Numbered from the stretch's first letter, positions 1 to 14,366 are shown. The stretch: 64,000 bases of DNA from Mycobacterium sp. (GCA_046330855.1 JAXLRX010000001.1:765984-829983); one strand, 5' to 3'. Numbers and translations are program-made. Notes: generated by a model not told the origin, from the sequence alone.

Positions 1-143
1 GCCGCGGCGCCGAAGATCGCGCACAGGGCGAGACTGATGGTGCCGGCATTGGTGGGGGATGCGTTGATCAGCGATCCCTGCACCAGGCGGAGTAACACCA
101 TCCCGATCGCGAGCACCAGCCCGCGCGGCAACCAGGTCGTCAT
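1..143 (-). CDS. Membrane protein, B-4DMT/Rv2536-like (5' part only; runs off window)
   Basis: Manual translation from ATG 143: MTTWLPRGLVLAIGMVLLRLVQGSLINASPT..., hydrophobic. Divergent from pepQ, like Rv2536. Confidence 0.7.
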   Translation of the reverse strand, partial: MTTWLPRGLVLAIGMVLLRLVQGSLINASPTNAGTISLALCAIFGAA

Positions 144-232
144 GGGCCATCAGCCTAAACCCTTACTGCCTGGTTCTGTCCGGAACGTGCCGTCAGGCAT
201 CGGTTGTTCGGGGGCGGGTACCGTCAGCCACC

Positions 233-1327
233 GTGACACACGCTGCACGCCGGGATCGTCTCGTGGCGCGCCTGGCTGCGGCGGAGGTGGACGCTCTGCT
301 GGTCAGCGACCTGGTGAACGTGCGTTACCTCTCCGGTTTCACCGGCTCCAACGCCGCCCTGCTGGTGTTCGCCGACGACACCGCGCCGGTGCTGGCCACC
401 GATTCGCGCTACCGCACACAGGCGGCCCGGCAGGCGCCGGACCTCGAGGCCGTGATCGAGCGGGCCTGCGGCCGCCACCTGGTGCAGCGGGCCGCCGCTG
501 CCGGCGCGCGCCGGATCGGCTTCGAAAGCCATGTGGTGACCGTCGACGGGTATGACGCGCTGGCCGGCGCATTGGACGGCCATGACGGTACGGAGTTGGT
601 CCGCGCGTCGGGCACCGTCGAGCATCTGCGCGAGGTCAAGGACGCCGGTGAGGTGGCTCTGCTGCGGCTGGCCTGCGAGGCCGCCGACGCGGCGCTGACC
701 GCCCTGATCGCCGGCGGCGGCCTGAGGCCCGGGCGCACCGAGCGGGCGGTGGCCCGCGAACTGGAAGCCCTCATGCTCGAGCACGGCGCCGACGCCCCCT
801 CCTTCGAAACGATCGTCGCCGCCGGTTCGAACTCGGCGATCCCGCACCACCGGCCCACCGGCGCCGAACTGGCGGCCGGTGACTTCGTCAAGATCGACTT
901 CGGGGCGCTGGTCGCCGGCTACCACTCGGACATGACCCGCACGTTCGTCCTCGGCAGCGCCGCCGACTGGCAGCGCGAGATCTATACGCTGGTTTCCGAA
1001 GCTCAGCACGCGGGTCTGGGGGCGCTGGAATGCGGGGCGGCGCTGGCGGAGGTCGACGCGGAAGCGCGCCGGGTGATCACCGATGCCGGCTACGGGGACC
1101 ACTTCGGCCACGGCCTGGGTCACGGCGTGGGACTGCAGATCCACGAGGCGCCCGGTATCAACTCCGCGGCCTGCGGCAGGCTGCTCGAGGGTGCGGTGGT
1201 AACGGTGGAGCCCGGGGTATACCTGCCCGGACGGGGCGGGGTCCGGATCGAGGACACGCTGCTGGTCGGCGAGCGCGGAGCGGAGTCGCTCAGCCGCTTC
1301 CCGAAGGAGCTCTCGGTACTGAAGTAG
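233..1327 (+). CDS. pepQ: Xaa-Pro peptidase (M24 family)
   Basis: Metal-binding motifs IDFG, YHSDMTRT, HGLGHGVG, HEAP, TVEPGVY, GVRIED. Upstream of efp. Confidence 0.93.
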   Translation: MTHAARRDRLVARLAAAEVDALLVSDLVNVRYLSGFTGSNAALLVFADDTAPVLATDSRYRTQAARQAPDLEAVIERACGRHLVQRAAAAGARRIGFESHVVTVDGYDALAGALDGHDGTELVRASGTVEHLREVKDAGEVALLRLACEAADAALTALIAGGGLRPGRTERAVARELEALMLEHGADAPSFETIVAAGSNSAIPHHRPTGAELAAGDFVKIDFGALVAGYHSDMTRTFVLGSAADWQREIYTLVSEAQHAGLGALECGAALAEVDAEARRVITDAGYGDHFGHGLGHGVGLQIHEAPGINSAACGRLLEGAVVTVEPGVYLPGRGGVRIEDTLLVGERGAESLSRFPKELSVLK

Positions 1328-1403
1328 GGATTCGGGGGCGCGACGGCCGCGCGGGTAAGCTCCGCAGAGCGATCCGCCCCCCACTTGCTAGGAGAACCCG
1401 ACC

Positions 1404-1967
1404 GTGGCGACCACTGCCGACTTCAAGAACGGCCTCGTGCTGAACATCGACGGCCAGCTCTGGCAGATCATCGAGTTCCAGCACGTGAAGCCCGGCAAGG
1501 GTCCCGCTTTCGTGCGCACCAAGCTCAAGAACATCCTGTCGGGCAAGGTGGTCGACAAGACCTACAACGCCGGGGTGAAGGTGGAGACCGCCACGGTGGA
1601 CCGCCGCGACGCCACCTATCTCTACCGCGACGGCGCCGACTTCGTCTTCATGGACAGCGAGGACTACGAGCAGCACCCGCTGCCGGAGGCGCTGGTGGGC
1701 AACTCGGCCGGCTTCCTGCTCGAGGGCATGCCGGTCCAGATCGCGTTCAACGAGGGGGCCCCGCTGTACCTCGAGTTGCCGGTCACGGTGGAACTCGTGG
1801 TGAGCCATACCGAACCCGGCCTCCAGGGCGACCGGTCCAGCGCGGGCACCAAGCCCGCGACGCTGGAGACCGGTGCCGAGATCCAGGTCCCGCTCTTCAT
1901 CAACATCGGCGACAAGCTGAAGGTGGATTCGCGCGACGGCAGCTACCTGGGGCGCGTCAATGCCTAA
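1404..1967 (+). CDS. efp: Translation elongation factor P
   Basis: HVKPGKG loop, [21 protein letters not shown] upstream. Confidence 0.98.
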   Translation: MATTADFKNGLVLNIDGQLWQIIEFQHVKPGKGPAFVRTKLKNILSGKVVDKTYNAGVKVETATVDRRDATYLYRDGADFVFMDSEDYEQHPLPEALVGNSAGFLLEGMPVQIAFNEGAPLYLELPVTVELVVSHTEPGLQGDRSSAGTKPATLETGAEIQVPLFINIGDKLKVDSRDGSYLGRVNA

Positions 1968-2045
1968 CGGCATGGTGGGCGAGTTAATGCCTAACGGCAT
2001 GGTGGGCGCGTCAATGCCCAACGGCACGGTGGCCGAGTCAACGCT
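1951..2045 (+). repeat. About 3.5 tandem copies of a 27-bp unit duplicating the efp 3' end
   Basis: GGCGCGTCAATGCCTAACGGCATGGTG / GGCGAGTTAATGCCTAACGGCATGGTG / GGCGCGTCAATGCCCAACGGCACGGTG / GCCGAGTCAACGCT. Confidence 0.92.
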
Positions 2046-2050
2046 CAGCT

Positions 2051-3379
2051 GTGGCTGATCGCAAGCCGCAAGGCCGGCATCAGGCCCGCAAGCGCGCCGT
2101 CGACCTGCTCTTCGAAGCCGAGGCCCGCGGGCTGACGTCAGCAGAGGTGGCCGACGGCCGTACGGCGCTTGCCGCCGCGAATCCCGATGTGTCCGAACTG
2201 AATCCGTACACGGTGACGGTGGCCCGCGGAGTCAGTGAGCACGCCGCCCACATCGACGAGTTGATCGGCTCGCACCTGCAGGGCTGGACGCTGGAACGGT
2301 TGCCCGCCGTGGACCGCGCGATCCTGCGGGTGGCGGTGTGGGAGCTGCTGCACGCCCAGGACGTGCCCGAACCGGTGGCCGTCGACGAGGCCGTCGAACT
2401 GGCCAAGGAATTGTCCACCGACGAGTCACCCGGGTTCGTCAACGGAGTGCTGGGTCAGGTCATGCTGGTGACCCCGCAGATCCGGGCGGCCGCCGAAGCG
2501 GTCCGCCGGGCTCAATCGAGTCCAGCTTCCGGCATGGACGCCGGGGATCACTTCGGCAAACTGTCCGCCGTCTGGGACTCGCAGGCCGAGTCGATGGACG
2601 CCTCGATGGGACGCCACGGATCGGCGGCCCGGATCGCCCTGGAAGCCCGGCCCGGCGAACGGATCATCGACATCGGTTGTGGCCCCGGGCTTTCCGCGGT
2701 TGCGCTGGCCGGAGAGGTCGCACCCGACGGCTGGGTCGCCGCCGTCGACATCGTGCCGCAGATGGCAGCCGCCGCCGAGCGGCGCCTTTCAGTGGCCGGA
2801 TTGCCGGGGACCGGGGTGACCGCCGACGCGGCGACGGCCGATCTGGTCGCCGCGGCGGGGGAGGGAATTCCGTTCGACGGCGTTCACTCCAGGTTCGGCC
2901 TGATGTTCTTCTCCGACCCGAAAGGGTCGTTCGCCAACATCTTTCGCGCGCTGCGGCCCGGCGGCCGGCTGGCCGCGTCGGTCTGGCAGCACCTGGACCG
3001 CAACCCGTGGATGATGCTGACGACGGCCACCGCGACCCAGATCCTCGGGATGGACCGTGCGCCACTGCCCGAACCGGGATCGCCGGGACCGTTCTCCCTG
3101 GCTGATCCGGTCGACATCGAACGGCTACTTACCGACGCCGGGTTCACCGCCATCGGCCTGGAGTCCATCGAGGCGCCCTTCCTGTTCCCGGGCGACGGCG
3201 CCGAGGCCACTGAGCGGATTTTGAGCGCCGGACCGCTCGGGCCGGCGTTCCTGGGCGCCGACGAGGCACGCCGTCAGGAGGTGGTCGCCGGCGTGGTCAG
3301 CGCCCTGGAGCACCACCGCGGCGAGGCCGGCTTCGAGTTGCCCGCCGCGTCATGGTGCATCACCGCGCGCCGGCCCTGA
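2051..3379 (+). CDS. nusB: Antitermination factor NusB fused in frame to a class I SAM-dependent methyltransferase
   Basis: aa 1-155 are NusB ([30 protein letters not shown]). From Met162 (ATG 2534) there are MTase motifs [22 protein letters not shown] and LRPGGRL. No stop codon between them. Confidence 0.85.
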   Translation: MADRKPQGRHQARKRAVDLLFEAEARGLTSAEVADGRTALAAANPDVSELNPYTVTVARGVSEHAAHIDELIGSHLQGWTLERLPAVDRAILRVAVWELLHAQDVPEPVAVDEAVELAKELSTDESPGFVNGVLGQVMLVTPQIRAAAEAVRRAQSSPASGMDAGDHFGKLSAVWDSQAESMDASMGRHGSAARIALEARPGERIIDIGCGPGLSAVALAGEVAPDGWVAAVDIVPQMAAAAERRLSVAGLPGTGVTADAATADLVAAAGEGIPFDGVHSRFGLMFFSDPKGSFANIFRALRPGGRLAASVWQHLDRNPWMMLTTATATQILGMDRAPLPEPGSPGPFSLADPVDIERLLTDAGFTAIGLESIEAPFLFPGDGAEATERILSAGPLGPAFLGADEARRQEVVAGVVSALEHHRGEAGFELPAASWCITARRP

Positions 3380-3471
3380 CCGGCACACTCTTTGGCAATT
3401 GGGCCGTGGGCCTCCGGGTGCCGGGGTGTAATTGATGTTCTCGTAAGTCCTTTCGAGGCGGGAGTGCCGCG

Positions 3472-3999
3472 ATGGCAATGACACGACTTCTGACGGCAGT
3501 CGGGCTGGTCTGTGTCGCCGTGTTCTACCCGGCGACGGCCGTTGCCGATGACCCGAGCACATGGCCCGTCGCGGACGGCGACTTCACGACCCCTTCCGAT
3601 CCGGGCTGGATCTTCTTTCAGCCGCAGGGATTCGGCGGTCGCGGCTGCGGCATCGGGCCCGACGGCACGGTGGGCTGCGACATCGTTCCCGCGAGCTGGC
3701 CCGACGGGACCGCGGTGCAGGAAGGCCAACCCGGGCCGCCCGGCTCCTACGGCTGCGAAGGACGCCGCTGCCCGCTGCCGCCGCCCGGCGTCAACCAGAC
3801 CGTCGTGACCCCGCAGGCCCCGGCCGAATACCGTCGCTCCGAGGCAAAAGCATTCACCCGTGACGTCAGCGTTCTGCCTCTCGGCTACCGGCTGGTCAAC
3901 GGCAACGCGTGGTGCAGTCTGTCCGAGCAGGCAACGCTGCGGTGCGTCAGCGCGGACAACGGCTTCACGCTGAACGCCACCTACGGCCTGCTCGACTAG
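3472..3999 (+). CDS. Secreted hypothetical protein, Cys/Pro-rich
   Basis: Signal peptide ending AVA-DD. Six Cys in the mature part. Confidence 0.75.
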   Translation: MAMTRLLTAVGLVCVAVFYPATAVADDPSTWPVADGDFTTPSDPGWIFFQPQGFGGRGCGIGPDGTVGCDIVPASWPDGTAVQEGQPGPPGSYGCEGRRCPLPPPGVNQTVVTPQAPAEYRRSEAKAFTRDVSVLPLGYRLVNGNAWCSLSEQATLRCVSADNGFTLNATYGLLD

Positions 4000-4014
4000 G
4001 GCGGATTGGCCGAC

Positions 4015-5217
4015 TCAGAGCCCCAGGGCCGCGTAAGTCCGCCGGACGAACTTCGGCTGGGTGGATTGCAGCCGGGCCAGCGCGGTGTTGCCCGCGACCG
4101 CGGCGGCCGCCGCGGCCAGATCGGGATAGTTCTGGATCAGGTAGATCAGGATCAGATCGTTGGCCGGGTCGGCCTGCCACCAGGTTCCGTACGCTCCCGG
4201 CCAGCTGAATGTCCCCTGGCCGCCGGGACCGAACAGCTGCGACGAGCGCGCGGGGTCGGTCACCACCGATAGGTTGAGCCCGAATCCGCGGCCGACCCAG
4301 AACGGCGCACCCAGGAACGGGTGGCGCTTCTGTTCGTCGGTGAGGCGGTCCGTGCGCATCAGGCGCACCGACTCCTCGGTAAGCACCCGGATGCCGTCGA
4401 CCTCGCCGCCGCCCAGCAGCATCCGGATGAATTGCAGGTAGTCCGGGGCGGTGGAGACCAGCCCGGCACCGCCCTGGCTGAACCGCGGCTCGCGCACCGG
4501 CACCGGGCCCATCATGTCGTGCTGCAGTCCGGTCCGCTCGTCGAGCCGGTACATGGTCGCCGCCCGCGCCCGCTTCTCCGGCGTCACCCAGAACCCGGTG
4601 TCGGTCATGCCCAGCGGTTCGAAGATCCGCTCGGCCAGCACGGTCTGCAGCGGCTTGCCCTCGATGCGGGACAGAGCGATCCCGAGGACCTCGGTGGAAT
4701 GGCTGTAGGTCAGCCGCTCACCGGGCTGATGCATGAGCGGCAGTCTGCCGATCTCGGCCATCCAGTCGTCGGCGTCCTGGCGCAGCGACACCCGGGCATA
4801 GGCACGGCTGATCGGACCCACCACCGAGAAGGAGTAGGCCAGGCCGCTGCGGTGGGTCATCAGGTCTTCGACGGTGATGGGGCGCTGCGCGGGGACGGTG
4901 TGGTCCAGCGGGCCGACGGGGTCGACCAGCACCCGCATGTCGGTCAGTTCCGGGACCCAGCGGGTGATCGGGTCGGACAGGGCGAGCTTGCCCTCCTCGG
5001 CCAAGGCCATCGCCGCGGCGACAGTGACCGGCTTGGTCATCGAGGCGATACGGAAGAGCGTGTCGCGCTGCATCGGCAGCCCGGCGTCGACGTCGCGGTG
5101 GCCGATCTCGTTGACCTGCAGCACTTCTCCGCGGTGCCAGACGTACGTGACCGCTCCGGACAGGAGCCCTGCCTCGACCGCCTGCTCGATGGACGATCGG
5201 TTCTCGACGAGGCTCAC
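4015..5217 (-). CDS. Serine hydrolase, beta-lactamase-like family
   Basis: FRIASMTK (SxxK), [10 protein letters not shown] motif. TAGACT -10 lies 7 nt before GTG. Confidence 0.9.
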   Translation of the reverse strand: MSLVENRSSIEQAVEAGLLSGAVTYVWHRGEVLQVNEIGHRDVDAGLPMQRDTLFRIASMTKPVTVAAAMALAEEGKLALSDPITRWVPELTDMRVLVDPVGPLDHTVPAQRPITVEDLMTHRSGLAYSFSVVGPISRAYARVSLRQDADDWMAEIGRLPLMHQPGERLTYSHSTEVLGIALSRIEGKPLQTVLAERIFEPLGMTDTGFWVTPEKRARAATMYRLDERTGLQHDMMGPVPVREPRFSQGGAGLVSTAPDYLQFIRMLLGGGEVDGIRVLTEESVRLMRTDRLTDEQKRHPFLGAPFWVGRGFGLNLSVVTDPARSSQLFGPGGQGTFSWPGAYGTWWQADPANDLILIYLIQNYPDLAAAAAAVAGNTALARLQSTQPKFVRRTYAALGL

Positions 5218-5257
5218 CGCGGCGAGTCTACTGACACGCGGGTGTCCGGACGGGTGC

Positions 5258-5263
5258 TAGGCT
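5258..5263 (+). promoter_or_regulatory. SigA-type -10 (TAGGCT) of the pyr operon
   Basis: TANNNT just upstream of the PyrR-binding leader. Confidence 0.55.
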
Positions 5264-5276
5264 CCGGGCGTCGACA

Positions 5277-5314
5277 TCCTTTAACGATCCGTCCGGCGAG
5301 GCGGAGAAGGAGGT
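5277..5314 (+). promoter_or_regulatory. PyrR-binding RNA stem-loop overlapping the pyrR Shine-Dalgarno
   Basis: TCCTT...GTCCGGCGAGGCGGAGAAGGAGG matches the UCCNGNGAGGY PyrR loop. TCCTT pairs with AAGGA of the SD. PyrR translational repression is established in mycobacteria. Confidence 0.8.
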
Positions 5315-5325
5315 CCGGTTTCTTC

Positions 5326-5892
5326 GTGGACACCACTGACCGGGAACTCATGTCCGCCGCGGACGTCGGGCGAACCATTTCCCGGATGTCCCATCAGATC
5401 ATCGAGAAGACGGCGCTGGACGGCGCGGACGCGCCCCGTGTGGTTCTTCTCGGCATCCCGACGCGCGGAGTCACCCTGGCCGGGCGGCTGGCGGAGAAGA
5501 TCCACGAGTTCTCCGACGTGACGGTCGCCCGCGGCGGCCTGGACATCACGCTCTACCGCGACGACCTCGACTTCAAGCCGCCCCGGGCGCTGGAGGAGAC
5601 CTCCATCCCGTCTGGCGGCATCGACGGCGCCCTGGTGATCCTGGTCGACGACGTGCTTTATACCGGCCGTTCCGTGCGCTCCGCGCTGGACGCGCTGCGC
5701 GACATCGGCAGGCCGAAAGCGGTGCAGCTGGCGGTGCTGGTCGACCGGGGCCACCGTGAGCTGCCGCTGCGGGCGGACTACGTCGGCAAGAACGTCCCCA
5801 CCTCGCGCAGCGAGAACGTCAAGGTGCGCCTGATCGAGGACGACGGCGTCGAGGGGATCTGGATCGCACCTGAGGGAGGGCCCGCCAGATGA
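5326..5892 (+). CDS. pyrR: Pyrimidine operon regulator / uracil phosphoribosyltransferase
   Basis: [34 protein letters not shown]. Start set at GTG 5326 after the SD (the listed ORF from 4321 is over-extended). Confidence 0.95.
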   Translation: MDTTDRELMSAADVGRTISRMSHQIIEKTALDGADAPRVVLLGIPTRGVTLAGRLAEKIHEFSDVTVARGGLDITLYRDDLDFKPPRALEETSIPSGGIDGALVILVDDVLYTGRSVRSALDALRDIGRPKAVQLAVLVDRGHRELPLRADYVGKNVPTSRSENVKVRLIEDDGVEGIWIAPEGGPAR

Positions 5893-6845
5893 GTGTCAGA
5901 CATCTGCTGTCCGCCGCGGACCTGACCCGCGACGAGGCCACCGCGATCCTCGACAACGCCGACCGCTTCAAGCAGGCGCTGCTGGGACGCGAGGTCAAGA
6001 AGCTGCCCACCCTGCGCGGCCGCACCATCATCACGATGTTCTACGAGAACTCCACCCGGACCCGGGTGTCCTTCGAGGTGGCAGGCAAATGGATGAGCGC
6101 CGACGTGATCAACGTCAGCGCCTCGGGTTCCTCGGTGGCCAAGGGCGAGTCGCTGCGCGACACCGCCCTGACCCTGCGCGCGGCCGGTGCCGACATGCTG
6201 ATCATCCGCCACCCGGCATCGGGGGCCGCCCAGCAGCTGTCGGAGTGGACGTTGGAACCCGACGGCACCGGCCCGTCGGTGGTCAATGCCGGCGACGGCA
6301 CCCACGAGCACCCCACCCAGGCGCTGCTGGACGCGCTGACGATCCGGCAGCGTCTCGGCGGGATCGAGGGCCGCCGGGTGGTCATCGTCGGCGACGTCCT
6401 GCACAGCCGGGTGGCGCGCTCCAACGTCGCGCTGCTCAACACCCTCGGTGCGGAGGTGGTGCTGGTCGCCCCGCCCACCCTGCTGCCGGTCGGGGTGGCC
6501 GACTGGGGCGGCGCCACGATCTCGCAGGATCTCGACGCCGAATTGCCGGCCGCCGATGCGGTGATGATGCTGCGGGTACAGGCCGAGCGGATGAACGGCG
6601 GGTTCTTCCCGTCGGAGCGGGAGTACTCGGTGCGCTACGGCCTGTCCGAACGCCGCCAGTCCATGCTGCCCGAGCACGCGGTGGTGCTGCATCCCGGGCC
6701 GATGCTGCGCGGCATGGAGATCTCATTCTCCGTTCCGGACTCGTCGCAATCGGCTGTGCTGCAACAGGTTTCCAACGGCGTGCACGTGCGGATGGCGGTG
6801 CTGTTCCACTTGCTGGTGGGTACGGATGAGGCGGTGAGAGTGTGA
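5889..6845 (+). CDS. pyrB: Aspartate carbamoyltransferase
   Basis: [20 protein letters not shown]. Confidence 0.97.
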   Translation: MSVRHLLSAADLTRDEATAILDNADRFKQALLGREVKKLPTLRGRTIITMFYENSTRTRVSFEVAGKWMSADVINVSASGSSVAKGESLRDTALTLRAAGADMLIIRHPASGAAQQLSEWTLEPDGTGPSVVNAGDGTHEHPTQALLDALTIRQRLGGIEGRRVVIVGDVLHSRVARSNVALLNTLGAEVVLVAPPTLLPVGVADWGGATISQDLDAELPAADAVMMLRVQAERMNGGFFPSEREYSVRYGLSERRQSMLPEHAVVLHPGPMLRGMEISFSVPDSSQSAVLQQVSNGVHVRMAVLFHLLVGTDEAVRV

Positions 6846-8149
6846 GTTCGGTTCCTCCCGTTCTGATCAGGGGTGTCCGTCTCTACGGCGAGGGCGACCA
6901 GGTCGACGTCCTGGCCGCCGACGGGCAGATCGCCGAGATCGGCCCGGAGCTCAAAGCTCCCACCGGTGCGGAGATCATCGAGGCGACGGGCCAGGTGCTG
7001 CTGCCCGGCCTGGTGGACCTGCACACCCATCTGCGCGAGCCTGGCCGTGAGTACGCCGAGGACATCGAAACCGGTTCGGCCGCAGCCGCTCTGGGCGGCT
7101 ACACCGCGGTGTTCGCGATGGCCAACACCGACCCGGTAGCCGACAGCCCGGTGGTCACCGACCATGTGTGGCGGCGCGGTCAGCAGGTCGGCCTGGTCGA
7201 CGTGCACCCGGTGGGCGCGGTCACGGTGGGCCTGGAGGGCAAGCAGCTCACCGAGATGGGCCTGATGGCCGACAGTGCCGGTCGGGTGCGGATGTTCTCC
7301 GATGACGGCAGCTGTGTGCACGACCCGCTGGTGATGCGCCGGGCCCTGGAGTACGCGGCAGGGTTGGGTGTGCTGATCGCCCAGCACGCCGAGGAGCCCC
7401 GGCTGACCAAGGGCGCCGTCGCCCACGAGGGACCCAACGCCGCCCGGCTCGGCCTGGCCGGCTGGCCGCGGGCCGCCGAGGAGTCCATCGTCGCCCGCGA
7501 CGCGCTGCTGGCCCGCGACGCCGGCGCCCGGGTGCACATCTGTCACGCTTCCACCGCCGGCACCGTGGAGATCCTGAAATGGGCTCGCGGACAGGGCATC
7601 TCGATCACCGCCGAGGTCACCCCGCACCACCTGATGCTCGACGACAGCCGGCTGGAGACTTACGACGGGGTCAACCGGGTGAACCCGCCACTGCGCGAGG
7701 CCTCCGACGCCGAGGCCCTGCGCCGCGCGCTGGCCGATGGTGTCATCGACTGTGTGGCCACCGACCACGCCCCGCACGCCGAGCAGGAGAAGTGCTGCGA
7801 GTTCTCGGTGGCCCGGCCGGGAATGCTTGGCCTGCAGACCGCGCTGTCCGTGGTGGCGGCCACCATGGTGGGGCCGGGCCTGCTGGACTGGCGCGGGGTG
7901 GCCCGTGTGATGAGCGAGAACCCGGCCCGCATCGTCGGCCTCGACGACCAGGGCCGTCCGCTGGAGGTCGGGGAGCCGGCCAACCTGGTGCTCGTCGACC
8001 CTGATGCCACCTGGACCGTCAACGGCTCCGAGCTGGCCAGCCGATCGGCGAACACGCCGTATCAGGCCATGACCCTGCCGGCCACGATCACCGCGACGCT
8101 GCTTCGGGGGCGCGTCACCGCCCGGGACGGCAAGGTCCAAACCAGGTGA
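6842..8149 (+). CDS. pyrC: Dihydroorotase
   Basis: [28 protein letters not shown]. Confidence 0.96.
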   Translation: MSSVPPVLIRGVRLYGEGDQVDVLAADGQIAEIGPELKAPTGAEIIEATGQVLLPGLVDLHTHLREPGREYAEDIETGSAAAALGGYTAVFAMANTDPVADSPVVTDHVWRRGQQVGLVDVHPVGAVTVGLEGKQLTEMGLMADSAGRVRMFSDDGSCVHDPLVMRRALEYAAGLGVLIAQHAEEPRLTKGAVAHEGPNAARLGLAGWPRAAEESIVARDALLARDAGARVHICHASTAGTVEILKWARGQGISITAEVTPHHLMLDDSRLETYDGVNRVNPPLREASDAEALRRALADGVIDCVATDHAPHAEQEKCCEFSVARPGMLGLQTALSVVAATMVGPGLLDWRGVARVMSENPARIVGLDDQGRPLEVGEPANLVLVDPDATWTVNGSELASRSANTPYQAMTLPATITATLLRGRVTARDGKVQTR

Positions 8150-8180
8150 ACGCTCAGCGAGTAGCGCAGGCGGATCGCGC

Positions 8181-8717
8181 ATGAATACCGCCACCGCCAT
8201 CGCAACTTACATCTTCGGCTTCGTCATCGTGGTCCTGATCGGCGTGGTGATCCGGCGGATGCTGCGCGGCTGGAAACGCCGCTCGGAACTGCAGGTCGAG
8301 GCGATCGGGGAGCTTCCGGAGGTGCCGGACGTTCTCGGCTCGGCAATCGTGGCCCCCACCCGGGGCATGTACGTGGGCTGCACCATCGCGCCGGATTGGC
8401 TCAATCGGGTTACGGTCGGAGACTTGGGGTATCGGACCAAGGCGGTGTTGACCCGTTACCCCAAGGGCATCCTGCTGGAACGCTCTGGGACCGGCCCGAT
8501 CTGGATTCCGCAGGAGTCCATCAGCGCAATCCGGACCGAGAAGGGGCTGGCCGGCAAGGTGCTGCCGGGCGCCCGGACCGGCACCACCGCCGCCGGAATC
8601 ATGGTGATCCGCTGGCGGCTTCCGTCGGGCACCGAGATCGACACCGGCTTCCGCGGCGACGACCGTCGGGACTACTCCCGATGGCTGGACGCCGAAGGGT
8701 TAGGAGAAGAGCAGTGA
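8181..8717 (+). CDS. Membrane-anchored protein of the pyr operon (Rv1382-like)
   Basis: N-terminal TM helix, IDTGFRGD C-terminus, conserved position between pyrC and carA. Confidence 0.85.
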   Translation: MNTATAIATYIFGFVIVVLIGVVIRRMLRGWKRRSELQVEAIGELPEVPDVLGSAIVAPTRGMYVGCTIAPDWLNRVTVGDLGYRTKAVLTRYPKGILLERSGTGPIWIPQESISAIRTEKGLAGKVLPGARTGTTAAGIMVIRWRLPSGTEIDTGFRGDDRRDYSRWLDAEGLGEEQ

Positions 8718-9840
8718 GCAAGCAGCAGGCGGTCCTGGTCCTCGAGGACGGACGCGTCTACGCCGGGACGCAGTTCGGGGCGGTCGGCCAGACCCTGGGC
8801 GAGGTCGTGTTCTCCACCGGGATGTCGGGGTATCAGGAGACCCTCACCGATCCCAGCTACCACCGCCAGATCGTGGTCGCGACGGCGCCGCAGATCGGCA
8901 ACACCGGCTGGAACCACGAGGATGGAGAGAGCCGGGGGGACAAGATCTGGGTGGCCGGCTACGTCGTGCGCGACCCCTCCCCGCGGGCGTCGAACTGGCG
9001 CGCCACCGGGACCCTCGACGACGAGCTCGTCCGGCAGGGGATCGTCGGGATCGCCGGGGTGGACACCCGGGCGATCGTCCGCCACCTGCGCTCCCAGGGA
9101 TCCATGCGGGCCGGGGTCTTCTCGGGGGAGGGACTGGCCGAGCCCGCCGAATTGCTCGACCGGGTGCGCAACCAGCCGCCGATGCTCGGTGCGGATCTCT
9201 GCGGCGAGGTCAGCACCGGCGAGCCCTACATCGTCGAGCCCGAAGGGACGCAACGGTTCACCGTCGCCGCCCTGGACCTCGGCATCAAGACCAACACCCC
9301 GCGCAACTTCGCACTGCGCGGCATCCGCACCCACGTCCTCCCGTCGACGGCCTCGTTCGACGAGATCAGCGAGCTCAAGCCGGACGGGGTGTTCCTGTCC
9401 AACGGACCGGGTGACCCGGCGACCGCCGACCGCGTGGTGGCGGTGACCCGGGAGGTGCTCGGTGCGGGGATCCCGTTGTTCGGCATCTGCTTCGGCAACC
9501 AGATCCTGGGCCGGGCGCTGGGCCGGTCGACCTACAAGATGGTGTTCGGCCACCGCGGCATCAACGTCCCGGTGATCGACCACGCCACCGGCCGGGTGGC
9601 CGTAACCGCCCAGAATCACGGCTTCGCACTGGAAGGCGAAGCGGGGGAGACGTTCGACACCGACTTCGGCACGGCGGTGGTCAGCCACACCTGCGCCAAC
9701 GACGGCGTGGTCGAGGGCGTGAAACTTGTTGACGGACGGGCATTCTCGGTGCAATACCACCCCGAGGCCGCTGCCGGGCCGCACGACGCGAACTACCTGT
9801 TCGACCAATTCGTCGCACTGATGGACGGGGGGAGAGACTA

Positions 9841-9841
<1 letters not shown>
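8714..9841 (+). CDS. carA: Carbamoyl-phosphate synthase small subunit
   Basis: [33 protein letters not shown] start overlaps the upstream stop. Confidence 0.96.
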
Positions 9842-13178
<3,337 letters not shown>

Positions 13179-13182
<4 letters not shown>

Positions 13183-14003
13183 CCGAGAGCTTCGGGACCC
13201 GGCTCGCGGCGGCGATCGCGGTCCACGGGCCGCTGTGTCTGGGAATCGACCCGCACCCCGAACTTCTGCACGCCTGGGGCCTGGAGCGCACCGCCGGTGG
13301 GCTGGCCCGGTTCTGTGAGGTGTGCGTGCAGGCCTACGCCGGCTTCGCAGTGGTCAAGCCCCAGGTGGCCTTCTTCGAGGCCTACGGGTCGGCGGGTCTG
13401 GCCGTCCTGGAGCGCACCACCGCGGAGTTGCAGGCGTCCGGAGTCCTGGTGCTCGCCGACGCCAAACGCGGCGACATCGGCTCCACCATGGCGGCCTACG
13501 CCGAGGCGTGGGCCGGCGACGGCCCATTGGCGGCCGACGCGGTGACCGCCTCGCCCTACCTGGGCTTCGGGTCGCTGAGTCCGCTGCTCGACGTCGCCGC
13601 GACCCACGGTCGCGGCGTGTTCGTCCTGGCGGCCACCTCCAACCCGGAGGGCGCGACGGTGCAACGGGCACTGGTCGACGGCCGGACCGTGGCGCAGTCC
13701 ATCGTCGACGCGGCAGCCGAGGTGAACCGCGCCTCAGCCCCCGCTCCCGGCTCGGTCGGGGTAGTGGTGGGAGCCACCCTGGGCGCCGCTGTGCCCGACG
13801 TCAGCGGGCTGGGCGGTCCGGTGCTGGTGCCCGGCGTCGGGGCCCAGGGCGGGCGGCCTGAGGACCTTGCCGGACTGGGTGGCGCCAAGCCCGGGCAGCT
13901 GCTGCCGGCGGTCTCCCGGGAGGTGCTGCGGGCCGGCCCGGAGCCGGCCGCAGTGCGCGCGGCGGCCGAGAAGATCCGTGACGCGGTCGCCTATCTGGCC
14001 TGA
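13179..14003 (+). CDS. pyrF: Orotidine-5'-phosphate decarboxylase
   Basis: [37 protein letters not shown] 13179 overlaps the carB stop. Confidence 0.95.
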
Positions 14004-14366
14004 TCGCGCTATCCGCGACACGCGCGACACGCCGTGGGCGCGGAATCCGGCCGGGATTCGACTCGGTCGGGTGTCTGGCGGCACCGGCGCCGAGGCCCGG
14101 CTCGCTGACTTCAGTGCATGAGAAACACCCAGCTAGAGCCCCCTTTCCGGTCGCGGCGGGCGGTTCGGTCGTGGCGGCCGCAACAGGCCGGTTCCGGTCC
14201 CGAAAAGCCCCTTCCGGACGTCGATTCGACGTCGTTGTGCTGCGGGTTTCCGCCCGGAAACAGGGGGGCGGGTTAGATTTCGTCGGAGGGCGTGGGTACG
14301 GTCGTCGTCGCTGGCTGATGTACCCGGCCCAGGCAAAACGAAGAAGTTGATGAGACGGAGGAACCC

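Noticed and set aside
1951-2045. Possible CRISPR array (27-bp repeats; also the 36-bp repeats at 46553)
   Set aside because: Units are directly tandem with no unique spacers, and there are no cas genes.
4321-5325. Apparent N-terminal extension of PyrR (similar extensions for carA, pyrF, pgl, lipase, APC permease)
   Set aside because: Stop-free upstream frames overlapping other genes. SD/-10 positions and homologue lengths support the shorter starts.
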